From: Minisyncoccota bacterium
GTDB lineage: Bacteria > Patescibacteriota > Minisyncoccia > Phycocordibacterales > WO2-35-19
Length of the DNA: 64,000 bases
Reading direction: 5' to 3'
NCBI GenBank assembly: GCA_041664625.1
Contig: JBAYKK010000001.1
Span: 1,956 to 65,955, forward strand
Part shown: positions 55,102-64,000 of the stretch, piece by piece
How the letters are laid out: every line of letters begins with the position of its first letter
Numbering within the stretch: position 1 is the first letter of the stretch
Notes under the pieces: model-generated
The model's input: only the letters and a program-made list of their open reading frames with translations
The model's database searches: none
What the model was told of the DNA's origin: nothing
Position numbers and translations under genes: made by a program

Positions 55102-56268
55102 TTACTTGAGTTTTGACCTTCGCAGGAAAGCTGGCACAGCGCCCCATTCGTCATCATCGTCTATAATGTTTTGTTTTTTTTCTTCTTCGGGCTCAGCTAC
55201 TTCATCCTTTTTTTCTACCTTGTCGTTTCGGAAAACGGAATTGAAAATCTTACCTTTGGTGTCTTCGGTTTCTTCTGTGGTTCTATCATTGAATACGTTT
55301 TTTTTGGCATAACCATCTGGGAAGCCTGAAGCGATAACGGTGATTTTGATCTCACCTTTTTTGAGTTTTTCATCATGGACTGTTCCAAAAATGATTTTGG
55401 CATTTGGATCAACTGATTCAGTTATGAATTTGGCCGCATCATGAATTTCAAACATGGTTAAGTCGCCTCCACCGGCGATAGAAAATAATACACCTTTGGC
55501 ACCGTTTATTGAAACATCCAAAAGAGGGGAGTTGATAGCCATTTTAGCGGCTTCTTCGGCTCTTTTTTCGCCTGAAGCTCGCCCTATACCCATCAATGCC
55601 CCACCGGCGCCTTCCATGACCGCTCGGACATCGGCGAAGTCTATGTTGATGATACCGGGCATAGTGATGAGGTCGGAGATACCTTCAACCGCTTGTTTCA
55701 AAATATCATCACACATCGCAAAAGCATTTTTGGCTAAGGTTTCTTTGTCGATGGTCGCAAGTAGTCGGTCGTTTGGTATAACGATCAAGGCGTCAACTGA
55801 TTGTCTGAGTTCTTCTAAGCCCGCTTCAGCGATGCGCATTCTTTGTTGGCCTTCAAATGAAAATGGTTTGGTAACTACACCGACAGTGAGTGCCCCCAAT
55901 TCTTTGGCGGTACGAGCGATGACGGGGCCAGCTCCGGTGCCGGTACCACCACCTGGTCCATAAGCGATGAAAACCATATCAGCACCTTTTAAAGCTTCTT
56001 GTATTTCTTCTTTGGTTTCTTCTACCGCTCGCTTACCCATTTCAGGGTTCATACCGGTACCCAAACCTTTGGTTAAATTTTTGCCAATGTGGATTTTCTT
56101 CTTAGCTTCTGAATGATGTAAATCTTGAGCGTCTGTATTGACAGCGATGAATTCTACCCCTCTAACTTTGGAGTTTATCATATGGTTTACGGCGTTTTTA
56201 CCAGAACCACCAACGCCGACAACCTTTATTCGAGCAAATACTTCTACGTCTGATTTTATTTGAGGCAT
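55102..56268 (-). CDS. ftsZ: Cell division GTPase FtsZ.
   Basis: '[13 protein letters not shown]' tubulin signature. Confidence 0.95.
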   Translation of the reverse strand: MPQIKSDVEVFARIKVVGVGGSGKNAVNHMINSKVRGVEFIAVNTDAQDLHHSEAKKKIHIGKNLTKGLGTGMNPEMGKRAVEETKEEIQEALKGADMVFIAYGPGGGTGTGAGPVIARTAKELGALTVGVVTKPFSFEGQQRMRIAEAGLEELRQSVDALIVIPNDRLLATIDKETLAKNAFAMCDDILKQAVEGISDLITMPGIINIDFADVRAVMEGAGGALMGIGRASGEKRAEEAAKMAINSPLLDVSINGAKGVLFSIAGGGDLTMFEIHDAAKFITESVDPNAKIIFGTVHDEKLKKGEIKITVIASGFPDGYAKKNVFNDRTTEETEDTKGKIFNSVFRNDKVEKKDEVAEPEEEKKQNIIDDDDEWGAVPAFLRRSKLK

Positions 56269-56333
56269 AGGTATAGTCTACAAAAAATTGCCAAAAAAGC
56301 AAAGTTTGCAGTTGGCTTTAAATGTGTCGTAAA

Positions 56334-57524
56334 TTAGGGCAGAAACTGCTTTAAAGTTTCAAAAATATTTTTGATGAGATTGGTGCCGTGCTTTTTGAGG
56401 CCCAATCTTTTTTCCTCATCTGGCAAATTGCTTATGATACAAAGTCCGTAAGCTACAGACCAAGAAGAATCTTTGATTTGGAATTTGCCAGTTTGAGCGG
56501 TCGTATTACTTTCAATATTTAAAGAAGCGATACGGCTAGGTAATCTCAAATAACTTCGGGCTAGATCTTCTATCGGGCCAACTGATGATGAGCCACCGGT
56601 GATGATGATGCCGGCCGGCAAAACTCCAGACTTACCGTTTTTTTTGAGATGAGTTTCTATCAATTCAAAAATGTCTCCAAGTCTGGCAGAGATAATATCT
56701 TCCAATTTTTTTCGAGAATAACTGGTGCTGGTCACTCCACCTAGTTTGATAGCCTCAGCTTCTTCCAAAGAAATTTTTAAACCCAATGCGATATCGTTGG
56801 TGATGTCTGACCCGCCGATAGGGAAAACTTCAAGAGATATTGGTATGCTATTTTCAAAAACTACGATCGAAACTGTCTCTGCGCCAATGTTTGCCAAAAC
56901 ACAACCGGCGATTTTTTGGCTTTTGGTGAGAGTGACGAAACTAGCGGCGATAGGTGAGGCAACTACGTCGATCACTATCACCCCAGTGGCTTCTACGGCT
57001 TCCACCAAATCATCTAAATGTGATTCAATACAGCTTACAAACAAGGCTTTGCTCTCGAGTTTGATGCCTTTCAGACCGACTACTCTACCCAAAACCTGTT
57101 TGCCGTCTACTTTCCATGAGGTGGGAATTGAATATATGATTTTTCGATTTTGCATTAAAACTCCAGGGATAGATTCTTCAGCAGCGAGGAGAGCTTGCTC
57201 AGTGTCTGCTTCGGTGATTTCTTGATCAGCCTTGGAAACCATAGTTGATCCGTTGGAATTAACTCCAGATAGACCGATACCACCAATAGAAATAAAAGCC
57301 TTTTTTATTTTAATACCAGAAGTTTTTTCAGCTTGTTTGACGGCGAGGTCTACACTTTTGGCTACATCAGCAGTGTTGATGATATAACCGTGTCTCAAAC
57401 CTTTTGAACTTGCTCTGCCAGTACCGAGAATGATCGGCAAAGTATTTTCATCGTTTTGCTGCGCCACTACTACACGTACTTCATAAGTTCCTACGTCTAT
57501 ACCGGCTGTAATACGTGAGCTCAT
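56334..57524 (-). CDS. ftsA: Cell division protein FtsA.
   Basis: Actin-fold motifs 'GIDVGT' and 'IIITGGSS'. Lies next to ftsZ. Confidence 0.85.
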   Translation of the reverse strand: MSSRITAGIDVGTYEVRVVVAQQNDENTLPIILGTGRASSKGLRHGYIINTADVAKSVDLAVKQAEKTSGIKIKKAFISIGGIGLSGVNSNGSTMVSKADQEITEADTEQALLAAEESIPGVLMQNRKIIYSIPTSWKVDGKQVLGRVVGLKGIKLESKALFVSCIESHLDDLVEAVEATGVIVIDVVASPIAASFVTLTKSQKIAGCVLANIGAETVSIVVFENSIPISLEVFPIGGSDITNDIALGLKISLEEAEAIKLGGVTSTSYSRKKLEDIISARLGDIFELIETHLKKNGKSGVLPAGIIITGGSSSVGPIEDLARSYLRLPSRIASLNIESNTTAQTGKFQIKDSSWSVAYGLCIISNLPDEEKRLGLKKHGTNLIKNIFETLKQFLP

Positions 57525-57846
57525 ATTTTTCCATTTTATCACTATGTTCTAAGCCTTTCAAATGTAAATTTCCGTGGATAACTAAAAATAACAGATAATC
57601 GGCGAAAGTCATGCCAAATTTTTTTGATTTTATTTTTGCAATTTCTTTGCAGATCAAAATTTCTCCACTTTTTTTATCAAGCGGAAAAGACAAAATGTCA
57701 GTAGCTTCATTTTTTTGTCTATAAGTTTTATTTAAAAATTTTATACGTGCTTTGTTTACAAAAGCAAAAGAAAGCTCGTAACGCTTTCCTAAAATGTCTT
57801 CTTTTATTTGTTCGATAGGTAAGTTTTTCATTATTAAACAAATCAA
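57481..57846 (-). CDS. ybeY: rRNA maturation endoribonuclease YbeY.
   Basis: Zinc motif 'HGNLHLKGLEHSD' (H-x3-H-x5-H). Confidence 0.7.
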   Translation of the reverse strand: MICLIMKNLPIEQIKEDILGKRYELSFAFVNKARIKFLNKTYRQKNEATDILSFPLDKKSGEILICKEIAKIKSKKFGMTFADYLLFLVIHGNLHLKGLEHSDKMEKYELTYYSRYRRRNL

Positions 57847-57872
57847 ATTAAAAATTTGATTTGCTCAAGATA

Positions 57873-58109
57873 TTATTCAATAGTACCGGTCATTTTGCCC
57901 ATCTTGATAAGCTCGTGGATTTTGGCTTTTTCGCCAAGTCTTTTTAAAGTTTTTTTCTTGGTAACGTATTCTGAAAGTTTCCTGACACTGTATCTTCGGC
58001 CACGGAGACGCGATAAAATACCAGAGCCTTGTACTCTTTTGGTAAACTTCCTTATAAGTCCCAAATTGTTATCTTTTTCGCCTTTGGTTATTTCTACGTT
58101 TATTGCCAT
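57873..58109 (-). CDS. rpsU: 30S ribosomal protein S21.
   Basis: ~79 aa basic protein ('LIRKFTKRVQGSGILSRLRGRRY'). Start set at the internal Met. Confidence 0.55.
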   Translation of the reverse strand: MAINVEITKGEKDNNLGLIRKFTKRVQGSGILSRLRGRRYSVRKLSEYVTKKKTLKRLGEKAKIHELIKMGKMTGTIE

Positions 58110-58148
58110 ATGCAATATCCTAACATACCTTATAATTTTGTGCAAAAG

Positions 58149-58216
58149 AACCTCACCCCTAACCCCTCTCCTAGATGCAGGAGAGGGGAAAATGTCAAAG
58201 GTGCCCTTTGACATTT
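58149..58216. repeat. Repeat-family copy (AACCTCACCCCT + CCCCTCTCCT-agatgc-AGGAGAGGGG) followed by a perfect 12 bp hairpin AAATGTCAAAGG-tgc-CCTTTGACATTT.
   Basis: Read directly. Lies upstream of rpsU. Confidence 0.55.
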
Positions 58217-58383
58217 GGAGATGTGTTGTAATTTTTCTCTGATCATCCCACATCTGGCCGATCGGCCAAATAGGGGGTGAAAACAGTTAAGGGAGATTTG
58301 TTTTTTTAATATTTAAAAAAAGAAAGCCCTGCACGATGGCGCGGGGCCAATCTTGCGGGGCTGGGGGAGGAAGAACAGATGTT

Positions 58384-58890
58384 TTACTCGTTTGCGATAC
58401 GAGCTCGTACATGATCGTACGAATATTTGATGTCCCAAGAATCCAAACGGAAGCCACCATCAACTTCCTTACGAAATGCAATGCCTGCCACCGAAAGTCC
58501 TTTTGGGTCTTGGGGACCACCGGCACAGAGAGTTACACTCTGATGGTCAAGGTGATTCCCGTTTGAAGCTTCGTTGTATTGAAGTTCAAGTATGAGTCGC
58601 TCGCGAAGTGTGATGCAACGGTCTAGTAGACTCTTCTCTTTCAAGTTTTCCACCGAAAGATTTTTGTATTCTTCGTCGCTTTCGATGTTGGGAACGAAGG
58701 TTCTTTCTGTTACAGAGGATGGTTGAGGGAATATCTCATCCAACATATCCCATTCCCAATAACTACTAAACGGGTAATCTCTAAGCATCAACTCCCATGC
58801 AAGTTCTGAAGTCTTGGGTTTTTCAGGGCCGTCTGAGACTACATTCCACATTGATTTTAACTCCTTTATTCTGCCATAAGTATAGCACAA
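58384..58890 (-). CDS. Hypothetical protein.
   Basis: ORF with a hairpin (CTCGT-ttgcgat-ACGAG) downstream. Confidence 0.4.
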   Translation of the reverse strand: MCYTYGRIKELKSMWNVVSDGPEKPKTSELAWELMLRDYPFSSYWEWDMLDEIFPQPSSVTERTFVPNIESDEEYKNLSVENLKEKSLLDRCITLRERLILELQYNEASNGNHLDHQSVTLCAGGPQDPKGLSVAGIAFRKEVDGGFRLDSWDIKYSYDHVRARIANE

Positions 58891-58919
58891 TCACAGAATT
58901 TGTCAAGCAGATTTAGATT

Positions 58920-60035
58920 TTATTTAGCTAGTTCTTTGGCACGGGCGGCGAGGTTACCAATGAGCACAGTTTCTTGAGCGCGAGTAGAAGTATTCCTGAT
59001 CACCACTGAATTGTCTAAAGCTTCTTTTTGACCGATCAAAATAATGTAAGGGGCCTCCGAATTTTCTGCAGTAGTCATCTGCCCACCCAATTTATCTTTG
59101 GCGATGGTATGCACGACGTTGACGCCGGCTTTATAAAGTTCTTTCAAAATCAAAAAACTTTTTAATTTGGCTTCGGGACCAAACTGGATCAAATAAAACT
59201 GCGGTTTAGTATTTTTGACTTTAACTTTCTTTAAACTCTTTTTTGCTTTGTCCGCCGTAGTTTTAGCGGAGGATGGAAGTTTAGCTGAAATATCTAATAT
59301 GGTGGCGGGTAAATCTTTTTTGCAACCCAATTTTTTGGCCAATCTATTGAAACGGAAACCATAAGCTAGTTCCTCACCGTCATTTTTAATAGCAAATACC
59401 GTTTCTGAACCGATATCCAAATCACCGACTAAATGCGGATTGATCTGATAAGGGATATCCAAAACTTCCAAAAATTCGATTACTTCTTTGAAATGTAAAC
59501 GACTGGTTTCTGATAAAAAATCAATAGATTTTGGACATTCTGTATCAAAATTTGCGCACTCATCTTTTTTTTCTTTGAAAATCGCGCACAAATCTTTTTT
59601 GACGGCTTGTCTCAAATTGGCTGAAAACGAATTGATATTTTTGCGGACGAATACAGCCAGTTTTTTTTGGAACTCATTCATGGACTCTTTGTCGCCGATA
59701 GAATTGATTTCAACTTCTAAATTTTTGTAGCCTAGACTGTTTAATATGGTGATGCCGGTTTCTATAGAAAGACATTCGCAGATACTTTTGGAAGAACCTA
59801 ACGAAACGATAGAGCAATCAAGTTTGGAAGCTTTGTGAGATTTTTCACAATAAAACATATTTGGTTGAGGCGATGCCATCATTCTTTCTTCAAAATATAT
59901 ACGGATGAAAGCTTCTTTGAGGCCCTCCTTTTCTAAATTGGGAGCGATAATAGGTTTGAAACCATAAAATTTGGCTATTTTACCGACTTCATTTATTTCT
60001 TTGACCGATCGGTCTGGGATTGGTTTTTGTTCCAT
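58920..60035 (-). CDS. Class-II aminoacyl-tRNA-synthetase-like protein (HisRS/HisZ-like) with a C-terminal anticodon-binding-type domain.
   Basis: The C-terminal ~100 aa follow the class-II anticodon-binding-domain pattern. The N-terminal catalytic motifs are poorly recognisable. Confidence 0.35.
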   Translation of the reverse strand: MEQKPIPDRSVKEINEVGKIAKFYGFKPIIAPNLEKEGLKEAFIRIYFEERMMASPQPNMFYCEKSHKASKLDCSIVSLGSSKSICECLSIETGITILNSLGYKNLEVEINSIGDKESMNEFQKKLAVFVRKNINSFSANLRQAVKKDLCAIFKEKKDECANFDTECPKSIDFLSETSRLHFKEVIEFLEVLDIPYQINPHLVGDLDIGSETVFAIKNDGEELAYGFRFNRLAKKLGCKKDLPATILDISAKLPSSAKTTADKAKKSLKKVKVKNTKPQFYLIQFGPEAKLKSFLILKELYKAGVNVVHTIAKDKLGGQMTTAENSEAPYIILIGQKEALDNSVVIRNTSTRAQETVLIGNLAARAKELAK

Positions 60036-60039
60036 AATT

Positions 60040-60594
60040 TTAAAATAGGCCGGGCCAAAATGCTATTTGGTTTAATGGTAAAAGTCGGACGATTGGCCTG
60101 CCTATAATGTATTTTCTAGGTACTGGGCCCCATATCCGAGAATCAGAACTACCAGCTCGGTTGTCACCCATGACGAAATATTCATCTGTGCCTAATTTTA
60201 TAGAAAAATTATCATATTTTGGGTAAACGACATAAGGCTCATTTAATTTGATGCCGTCTTTGTTTTGATTATTATATATAGTGACTACGCCTTTTTTGAT
60301 ATCGACGGTTTCTCCGGGGAAACCAATCATCCTTTTTATAAAAAATTTTGAAGGATCTTTGGGGTATCTTATAATGACTACCGATTCTCTTTTGGGTTCT
60401 TCAAATCTTTTGGAGAGTTGATCCACGATGAGGTAATCAGCATCTTTGAAAGTCGGATCCATAGACAAACCAGATACAATATAAGGTTGAGCTATAAAGA
60501 TACGGAAAGGCACCACTATGAGCAAAGCGATGATGGCATATCTCACGAATTCCCAAATAGAGCTTGGCTTTTTAATTTGAATTTCTTCATTCAT
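60040..60594 (-). CDS. lepB: Signal peptidase I.
   Basis: 'GLSMDPTF' (Ser box), 'GDNRAGSSDSR' and an N-terminal TM helix. Confidence 0.85.
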   Translation of the reverse strand: MNEEIQIKKPSSIWEFVRYAIIALLIVVPFRIFIAQPYIVSGLSMDPTFKDADYLIVDQLSKRFEEPKRESVVIIRYPKDPSKFFIKRMIGFPGETVDIKKGVVTIYNNQNKDGIKLNEPYVVYPKYDNFSIKLGTDEYFVMGDNRAGSSDSRIWGPVPRKYIIGRPIVRLLPLNQIAFWPGLF

Positions 60595-60722
60595 TCTGCC
60601 ATTTTATTATATAAATCTCTTTAACACAAATTTTGAATTATGAAGCAAGAATTATGAATTATGCAAGTCATTATTTTTTGTGTATTATTATTCCATGATT
60701 CATTATTCATAATTCTTAATTC

Positions 60723-61358
60723 ATGTTCTATATCGTAGGTTTGGGCAATCCTGGAGAAGAATATATAAATACTCGACACAACACTGGACGTATGGCGATT
60801 TTGAAATTGGCCAAAGACTTGGAGGCTCCAGAATTTGTTTTTAACAAAAAAGCCAACGCTTTAATTTCTGAAACCAAAATAGGAAAAGAAAAATTAACTT
60901 TAATTTTGCCCGAAACCTTCATGAACAAATCTGGCAACGCAGTTTCTTATTTTGTTAAGCCTTTGGTTAAAGTCAAAGCCGCCTCCGCCAAAGCTACGTC
61001 GAGCCAAAGGAAAGGTTTAGAAAATTTGATAGTTGTACATGATGATTTGGATTTGCCACTAGAAACTTTAAAAATTTCTTACAATAAAGGTGTGGGGGGG
61101 CATAGAGGACTCGATTCAGTCAGAAAAGCGGTTAAAACTTTAGAGTTTGTGAGAGTGCGTATCGGCATCTCACCTGCAACTAGCAAAGGCCGAGCCAAAA
61201 AACCAGAAGGGGAGCAAAAAGTCTTGGATTTTATTTTAGGTAAATTCAAACCAACCGAAACGGATACGATGAAAAAGATTTTTAAAAAAAGTAGCGAAGC
61301 TATGCAATCAATAATCGCAGATGGTCGCGATAGGGCTATGAATGTTTACAATTCTTAA
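60723..61358 (+). CDS. pth: Peptidyl-tRNA hydrolase.
   Basis: 'IVGLGNPGEEYINTRHNTG'. Confidence 0.9.
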   Translation: MFYIVGLGNPGEEYINTRHNTGRMAILKLAKDLEAPEFVFNKKANALISETKIGKEKLTLILPETFMNKSGNAVSYFVKPLVKVKAASAKATSSQRKGLENLIVVHDDLDLPLETLKISYNKGVGGHRGLDSVRKAVKTLEFVRVRIGISPATSKGRAKKPEGEQKVLDFILGKFKPTETDTMKKIFKKSSEAMQSIIADGRDRAMNVYNS

Positions 61359-61365
61359 TTTAAGA

Positions 61366-61390
61366 GCCGGAGGATTTCATGTCCTCCGGC
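61366..61390. terminator. Hairpin GCCGGAGGA-tttcatg-TCCTCCGGC between convergent genes.
   Basis: Perfect 9 bp stem. Confidence 0.45.
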
Positions 61391-61397
61391 CCCTGGC

Positions 61398-61691
61398 TTA
61401 TCGACCATGCATCACAATGATGTTGGTCAGTCCTTGCAGGCTCGTTTTCCAATGCACGCAGTAGCCAGCGGCATTGTAAAGTCGTTGAAGCAAATCATGA
61501 ACTTCATGGGGGATCTTCTCCCTCGGAGAAAAAACTTGCAGTCCGTGGTCCGTGTTGAACCAGCCATTGATGGTTAAGGCTTCGTCAATAATTTTCTCAC
61601 CTTCTTCTATCTTTTGTATGATAGTTGAAGGTTGCTGTGAGATAGTTTTTTTCACCACCTTCAAAGCCCGGTCTTGATTCGTGAGTGCCAT
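61398..61691 (-). CDS. Hypothetical protein.
   Basis: ORF only. Confidence 0.35.
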   Translation of the reverse strand: MALTNQDRALKVVKKTISQQPSTIIQKIEEGEKIIDEALTINGWFNTDHGLQVFSPREKIPHEVHDLLQRLYNAAGYCVHWKTSLQGLTNIIVMHGR

Positions 61692-61718
61692 AAGAACTCC
61701 TTCCTCAAAAAATATACT

Positions 61719-62828
61719 CTATTTTTCTATAAAACTCAAAGCCATCTTTTGGTCTTTAGGATCAAAGACGTTGATTTTGAAATTGTAAGTTTTGCCGAGT
61801 TCTAGTTTCTCGCGGAGTTTGTCTTCGGTACCAAATTCAGAAACATGAACCAAACCAGCTACTCCTTCTTCGATAGAAGCCAAAGCGCCGTGTTTGTTGA
61901 ATTTGATAACTACCCCAGTCACGATGTCATCTTTTTTGTATTTTTTGGAAGCTTCAGTCCAAGGGTTATCCCTCAAAGCTTTGATAGAAAGGGAAATTTT
62001 ACCATCTTTGACTTCTATCACTTTTACTTTGATTTTATCTCCGACTTTAGCAAATTTGTGTGGGTCATCTACCAAGCCCCAATCGATTTCTGAAATATGA
62101 ACTAATCCCTCCAAACCTTCTTCTATTTTGACAAAGATACCGAAGTCTACGATACCTGTGACATCACCCATCAATTCATCACCCAAGACATATTTGTCTA
62201 TGATTTTGCCTTTTTCGTCGCTGTTTGGATCTTTTTCAGAGAAAATCAGTTTACCTTCTTTGGCGTTTACACCAATGATTGCTACTGATATCTTTTGGCC
62301 GACTAATTTGCGTAATTCTTCAAGTATTTTGTCTTTGTCGCCATCAGCGATACGAGGGTAGTGCTCGGTTTTCAATTGAGAAGCTGGCAAAAATCCGGTG
62401 ATGCCTTGCCATATCATCATGAGACCACCTTTGTTGGCTTCTTTGACTGGTAATTCAAATACTTTTTTGTCTCTGATAGCTTCTTCGGCGTCGCTCCAGA
62501 TCAAAGCTTGTTTAGCTTCTTTCAATGAAATTTCTATATAACCTTCTTTGTTGTCATTGCCGACTATTTTACCAGTGATTTTGTCACCAATATTTATTTT
62601 TTTTATTAAATCACGAGCGTTGATGTATTCTTTACCAAAAATCACCCCAGTACCCCAAGGTGCTAAATCTACGAATATAGAATTTTTAGCAATCGCGATG
62701 ACGGTCCCGTCTACGATCGCTTCTTTGATCGGTGGCAAAACAGAATTATCCAAAAATTTGGACATTTTGCTTTCTTTTACTACTTCGCCTTCAATAATTT
62801 TTTTAACCATACAATGAAAAAACCGCAA
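61719..62828 (-). CDS. rpsA: 30S ribosomal protein S1 with multiple S1 domains.
   Basis: Repeated S1-domain pattern ('G.V..I..FG.FV.I..G..GL.H.SE'). Confidence 0.8.
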   Translation of the reverse strand: MRFFHCMVKKIIEGEVVKESKMSKFLDNSVLPPIKEAIVDGTVIAIAKNSIFVDLAPWGTGVIFGKEYINARDLIKKINIGDKITGKIVGNDNKEGYIEISLKEAKQALIWSDAEEAIRDKKVFELPVKEANKGGLMMIWQGITGFLPASQLKTEHYPRIADGDKDKILEELRKLVGQKISVAIIGVNAKEGKLIFSEKDPNSDEKGKIIDKYVLGDELMGDVTGIVDFGIFVKIEEGLEGLVHISEIDWGLVDDPHKFAKVGDKIKVKVIEVKDGKISLSIKALRDNPWTEASKKYKKDDIVTGVVIKFNKHGALASIEEGVAGLVHVSEFGTEDKLREKLELGKTYNFKINVFDPKDQKMALSFIEK

Positions 62829-63090
62829 GCTTTTCTACATATCTGGCTTGCCCGCCGTAACTTCAGTGAAGGCTGGGCCATTTCGGTATTGTAGAAGGTT
62901 AGACTTCGGATTTCTTCTAATAATGCTCAAGTTGAGCCCACCCATATTAACACCTTGACTTTTAGAACGCAAGGGTATATACTTATAGGGTAAGTGTTAA
63001 GTTCTATTTGTTTGTTTTGTGGCTTTAAACCCAAACGAGCAAGCGGAACTCGCTTGGTCGTTTAATCGCAATGTAATTTAAAGCAACGCA

Positions 63091-63372
63091 ATGAAAAAGC
63101 TTTTCGTAGGCAACTTGCCATACAAAGCCACCGATGCCGATTTGAGAGACATGTTCTCTAAAAACGGTGAAGTCACCGAAGCTGTCGTTATTATGGACAG
63201 AGAAAGAGGTGTCTCCAAAGGTTTTGGTTTTGTAACTATGACAAATGATGCCGAGGCAAATGCCGCTATCGATGCTTGGAATGGTAAAGACGTTGAAGGT
63301 AGAGCTCTCACAGTAAATGAAGCTCGCCCTCAAGAAGCTCGACCTCCTCGTAGAGATTCTTTCCGAAGATAA
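63091..63372 (+). CDS. RRM-type RNA-binding protein.
   Basis: RNP-2 'LFVGNL' and RNP-1 'KGFGFVTM', plus an Arg-rich tail. Confidence 0.85.
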   Translation: MKKLFVGNLPYKATDADLRDMFSKNGEVTEAVVIMDRERGVSKGFGFVTMTNDAEANAAIDAWNGKDVEGRALTVNEARPQEARPPRRDSFRR

Positions 63373-63400
63373 AGTGCTCCGCATTTTGTTCCGGAATAAC

Positions 63401-63430
63401 AAAAAACCACTCACTCGAGTGGTTTTTTGT
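63401..63430 (+). terminator. Intrinsic terminator AAAAAACCACTC-actc-GAGTGGTTTTTTG.
   Basis: Read directly. Confidence 0.7.
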
Positions 63431-63472
63431 TTATCCCTAGAAGCTTTAGCGGAGGAGGGTTATAATGATGTA

Positions 63473-63949
63473 GTGAAAAAAAATATTTTTATACTAATGA
63501 TAGTTTTTGTGGGTATTTTGGTAGTTTTGGTTATAAAAAATCAAAAAATAGAGCCAAATGAGCAAAAAGTAAGCATAGAAAGCGTTAAAACTTTAAAAAT
63601 AGGTGATGCGACATTAAATATTGAAGTGGCTGATACTGATGCAAAAAGAGTGCAGGGCCTTTCGGGCAAGGTGGGGTTAGCCCAAAATGAAGCAATGCTC
63701 TTTGTTTTTGATGCAGAAGGTTACCACAGCATTTGGATGAAAGACATGAATTTTGCTATCGATATAGTTTGGTTAAATAAGGATAAAAAAATAATTTACA
63801 TAGAAAAAAATGTCTCGCCAGACACTTATCCCAAAGTTTTTTATGCCAAAAAGGCAGACCTGCCGATTTTAAGTTTTTATGTTTTGGAAACTCCATCAGG
63901 ATTTTTGGCGGAAAATAACATCCAAATCGGGGACATTGTTGCTTTTTGA
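63473..63949 (+). CDS. DUF192 (COG1430)-domain protein with an N-terminal TM anchor.
   Basis: 'MLFVFD...SIWMKDMNFAIDIVWLNKD' and 'YVLETPSGF'. Start is uncertain: GTG 63473 follows a GGAGGAGGG RBS, and ATG 63497 is the alternative. Confidence 0.55.
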   Translation: MKKNIFILMIVFVGILVVLVIKNQKIEPNEQKVSIESVKTLKIGDATLNIEVADTDAKRVQGLSGKVGLAQNEAMLFVFDAEGYHSIWMKDMNFAIDIVWLNKDKKIIYIEKNVSPDTYPKVFYAKKADLPILSFYVLETPSGFLAENNIQIGDIVAF

Positions 63950-64000
63950 TTTGTTATGTTTTGAACTGATATTTTTGAAACTTATCCACAGTTTTTTTGA

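Overview
This is a 64 kb window from an AT-rich bacterium with a compact genome. The gene content (ftsZ/ftsA, many small hypothetical proteins, weak Shine-Dalgarno sequences) resembles a CPR/Patescibacteria-type organism, but that is inference only. GC figures below are by-eye estimates: roughly 35-40% overall, with islets near 50-58%.

Housekeeping genes I can support: tgt, a truB-like pseudouridine synthase, YqeY, rmuC, rplU, a VKOR-family protein, recR, dnaB, htpX, trxB, ftsZ, ftsA, ybeY, rpsU, lepB, pth, rpsA, an RRM protein, a LOG-family protein and an FKBP PPIase. Three tRNAs are called by hand: Ser-GGA at 17078, Val-CAC at 44200 and Val-GAC at 47718.

The main non-housekeeping content:
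- A large serine recombinase sits next to tRNA-Ser and heads a roughly 23-27 kb island (about 17.2 to 40-44 kb). The island carries a copper-homeostasis cluster: a CsoR-like repressor, three YHS-domain proteins each followed by a small membrane protein, a CopA-type P1B ATPase and a multicopper oxidase, plus thiol-disulfide proteins. It also carries a prophage-like module with an XRE/ImmA pair and two DNA methyltransferases, one of them ParB-nuclease-fused.
- A family of GC-rich hairpin repeats shares CTACCTCACCCC / GGGGTGAGGTAG terminal inverted repeats. A full-length 826 bp copy encloses a DUF559 endonuclease gene. Short MITE-like copies occur elsewhere, and one is inserted in-frame inside recR.
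- A conserved two-hairpin leader with a compensatory base change precedes both a TraG/VirD4-like ATPase gene and rmuC.
- A second conserved upstream motif is shared by two small enzyme genes.
- A nucleoside-deoxyribosyltransferase-like plus GxxExxY-nuclease gene pair is flanked by inverted ACGAAT iteron arrays between dnaB and recR.
- A GC-rich, eukaryote-order PyrE-PyrF (UMP synthase-like) fusion is present.
- A GC-rich PEP-CTERM protein and a response-regulator receiver follow tRNA-Val.
- Two genes are disrupted by homopolymer frameshifts.
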